A stretch of DNA of 64,000 nucleotides from Mizuhopecten yessoensis (lineage: Eukaryota). Positions 61,593 through 64,000 of this stretch are shown here, in pieces. The stretch lies in the NCBI RefSeq assembly GCF_002113885.1, contig NW_018405113.1:3026-67025 (forward strand), in the 5' to 3' direction. The notes beneath the pieces were generated by a model. The model worked only from the letters and a program-made list of their open reading frames with translations, did not search any database and was not told the origin of the DNA. Position numbers and translations under genes: made by a program. The number at the start of each line of letters is the position of its first letter. The stretch's first letter is position 1.

Positions 61593-62857
61593 GCTTCCAA
61601 ACGCCGATAATGTTCCTATCGAATGTAATACATGTATCACCATGCTGTTCACTTCTGCTGGCTAAAAAAATCATTCAAGTTAACTTATTACAAGTATCAA
61701 ATTAATTTATAAGCCAGAGTTACCTTGAATACTGCCTTAAAGACCACCTGTCTATAAAATACAGATCATTTGCTTATAAAGGCTACCTGTCTTAAAAGTC
61801 CACCTGGCTATAAAGGTCAACTGTCTATAAAGTCAAACTTTCTACATAGAATTGATTTTCTCTAGCCATGAGTGGTCTTTGTAAACCTATTTCAGCGTTG
61901 TTGTAAATTAATTTATTCACAAGATTAAAATAAACGACACCTAATATCCAAAAACAGTCACATTTTGGTAATGAAAACAAAGTTAAAGTTTTCAAAAGCA
62001 TTTCTTATATTGAGTGACTGATGTTAGAAACAATTTGCAAATGCAAATGCCTATTACTGTATTATGGACAGGGTTTGAGCGACTGGTCTACTGTTTATAT
62101 CCTCAAACTGACCCATACCCGAATGGAAAGAATGGAGAGATTTGTATACCTGGTTTAGCTTATAGATGTCATTTTTTTCTGGCATTGTGAATCTGAGAGT
62201 AAAAGATTGGAGGAAAGAAGTGAGAGATTTATGAAAAAACGGATATATGCAGCTTTGATAATGTAAATGAGGTAGAATTTCACCTCTGTTTGACATATTT
62301 TACCCGTTTTGAAGGGAGCATGAAACCAGGATGGAGGTGTTTTGATATTCTGTGTAGAACATGTTTAATATTTGGATATTTTTTCATAAAATAGAAATTT
62401 AACAGATAAACATTGATTAAACAGTAAAAATGTTACATTGCTAAATACTAATTATGGTGTGGAAATATTGTAAATTATTAAATGAGGGAAATATTGATTA
62501 CACAGTAAAAATTCAACATGATAAACAAAGGTTAAACAGTGAACATTTAAACAGTAAACAAGGTTCTGTATATTTTACAGCATATTACTTAAAATAAACT
62601 TTATATTTACATATCTGGTAAATCCAAATCTATCTACCAAACAAGGTATTGCAAACCTACTGAATGTCCAACTTTCAGAACCTCACGATGTGTGATCATG
62701 GTCATTGGGTGAAAGATGCTTCTATCATTTTCCTATATATATATTTATATTTGTTTTCATGTTGATGAGATGTTAAGGAATCATTTAAATATTTACATGG
62801 TGTGTGGTAATATCATTCCGTGCTGTTTGGATTTTCCTGGTTTTATAAACTTAATGC

Positions 62858-62948
62858 TTAATCCTTTCATCCCTATGTAACTTTTGTGGACTCTACTATG
62901 CATTGATCTGGATGAGTCCATTATGGTCTACAGTGGTGAAAGGGTTAA
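62858..62948. mobile_element. piggyBac-like MITE family A, copy 6 (inverted), downstream of the stop codon
   Basis: ttaatcctttcatcc...ggtgaaagggttaa. Confidence 0.8.
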
Positions 62949-63910
62949 ATATTGAGTTAGTGTGTCTTGTTGATAAACATATCATTTTGAATGTATGAAA
63001 CTTAATTTGAGACAGTTATTTAATTACTTTTTTTCATACATTAATGGAATCTGTTATCTACAAACTTTGATGAATGTAAGTATCACTTTTAGAATTGAAG
63101 TGGGTTTTTTTTACTTTTAAATATAAAACTGAATAAAACAACTTATTCTTTATTTTGAAACAACATCAATTTTTCACGTTTCTTCAATACTTTTTGGTTT
63201 GTTTTCCCCATATGAGCATAGAGAAATAGCAATTGAGAGAAAAACTTGATTATGAAGCTTGTCACAGAGGTTTGTACTTTTCTTTTTATAAGCTATAAAA
63301 AGTAAATATCTGAATACCCGGTATTCTATCAATTTTTTTTAAATGACTAGGCCCTGTGATTAACAGGATAGGGCATTCAGCAATTAGATTTTATTGTTTA
63401 AAGGGAGATCATTTGACATCAACTACTTTGTTGGGTTTCTTAGAGATTTCATGTATTATATGCTGTAATGAGATTTCATATTTTCCTAATAAGCAATTCC
63501 TTTTGTGTTTTAACAAAAGGCTAAACAACAACTTGAGTTGAATCAATCAGGGGAAACTCTAAATTGTTGATCTTAAATGGCTGCCTGAAGAAAGACCTGA
63601 TTTATTTTTGAATTTGGTTTTTGACTTCTCAACTCTTTGAAATTTAAAGGAAAAAATGAACATACAGGCTGCACTGTGACGGTTTCTTACTTTTATGTGG
63701 TTATTCGTTTCCCCGACAACAAATAGTTTCCTTGGAGTACGAGGTCATAAGAAGTTGCCAGTTCTGATGGCAGCGCTGTGTGCCATGTTTATAATACATG
63801 TTCCTGGAAAAGTGTTATAAAAATTGAAAGTTCTTGAATAAAGCATTATATTTGATTAAGTGCATTATATCTGTTCAGTGCTAAGTTCTGAGATTATAAT
63901 ATAAATATTA

Positions 63911-64000
63911 ACTTTATTTATTTTACAACAATTATGAAACAAGTTATTGCAACTTATATTAAGCACTCTAGTTGGCCCGGATGTTAGCGCGCAGGGGTCT
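63911..64000 (-). mobile_element. 3' part of another copy of the same SINE, cut by the window edge
   Basis: attatgaaacaagttatt...gttggcccggatgttagcgc matches 38540-38600. Confidence 0.85.

Overview
AT-rich animal genomic DNA. The repeat content (Helentron/HINE elements with ~147-bp internal monomers, V-domain SINEs) suggests a bivalve mollusc; this is inference. There are two + strand genes. (1) The long 3' coding exon of a GVIN1/URGCP-family very large inducible GTPase (2849-4853), whose middle is missing at a one-base assembly gap (n at 3493). (2) A complete cation-independent mannose-6-phosphate receptor gene (CI-MPR/IGF2R, 15550-61184), reconstructed by hand as 42 coding exons, 7242 nt, ~2413 aa, with every splice phase consistent: signal peptide, 15 MRH domains, no fibronectin-II insert, one TM helix, and a short tail with YRYSML and DDSDVDLL sorting signals. 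Main observations: (a) domain 11, the IGF2-binding domain in mammals, here keeps a full Gln-Arg-Glu-Tyr M6P-binding signature, as do domains 3, 5 and 9; (b) several unrelated tandem arrays are anchored on exon-intron junctions and multiply the splice site itself, two of them forming arrays of candidate micro-exons, one encoding an immediate stop just before the TM exon; (c) a miniature LTR retroelement whose LTRs contain a tRNA-like Pol III unit (PBS, PPT, 4-bp TSD), with a Helentron inserted into the T-run of one LTR. Introns also carry many MITEs, SINEs and a CR1 tail. Most ORFs in the supplied track are exon fragments or spurious. No searches could be run, so family assignments rest on motif recognition.
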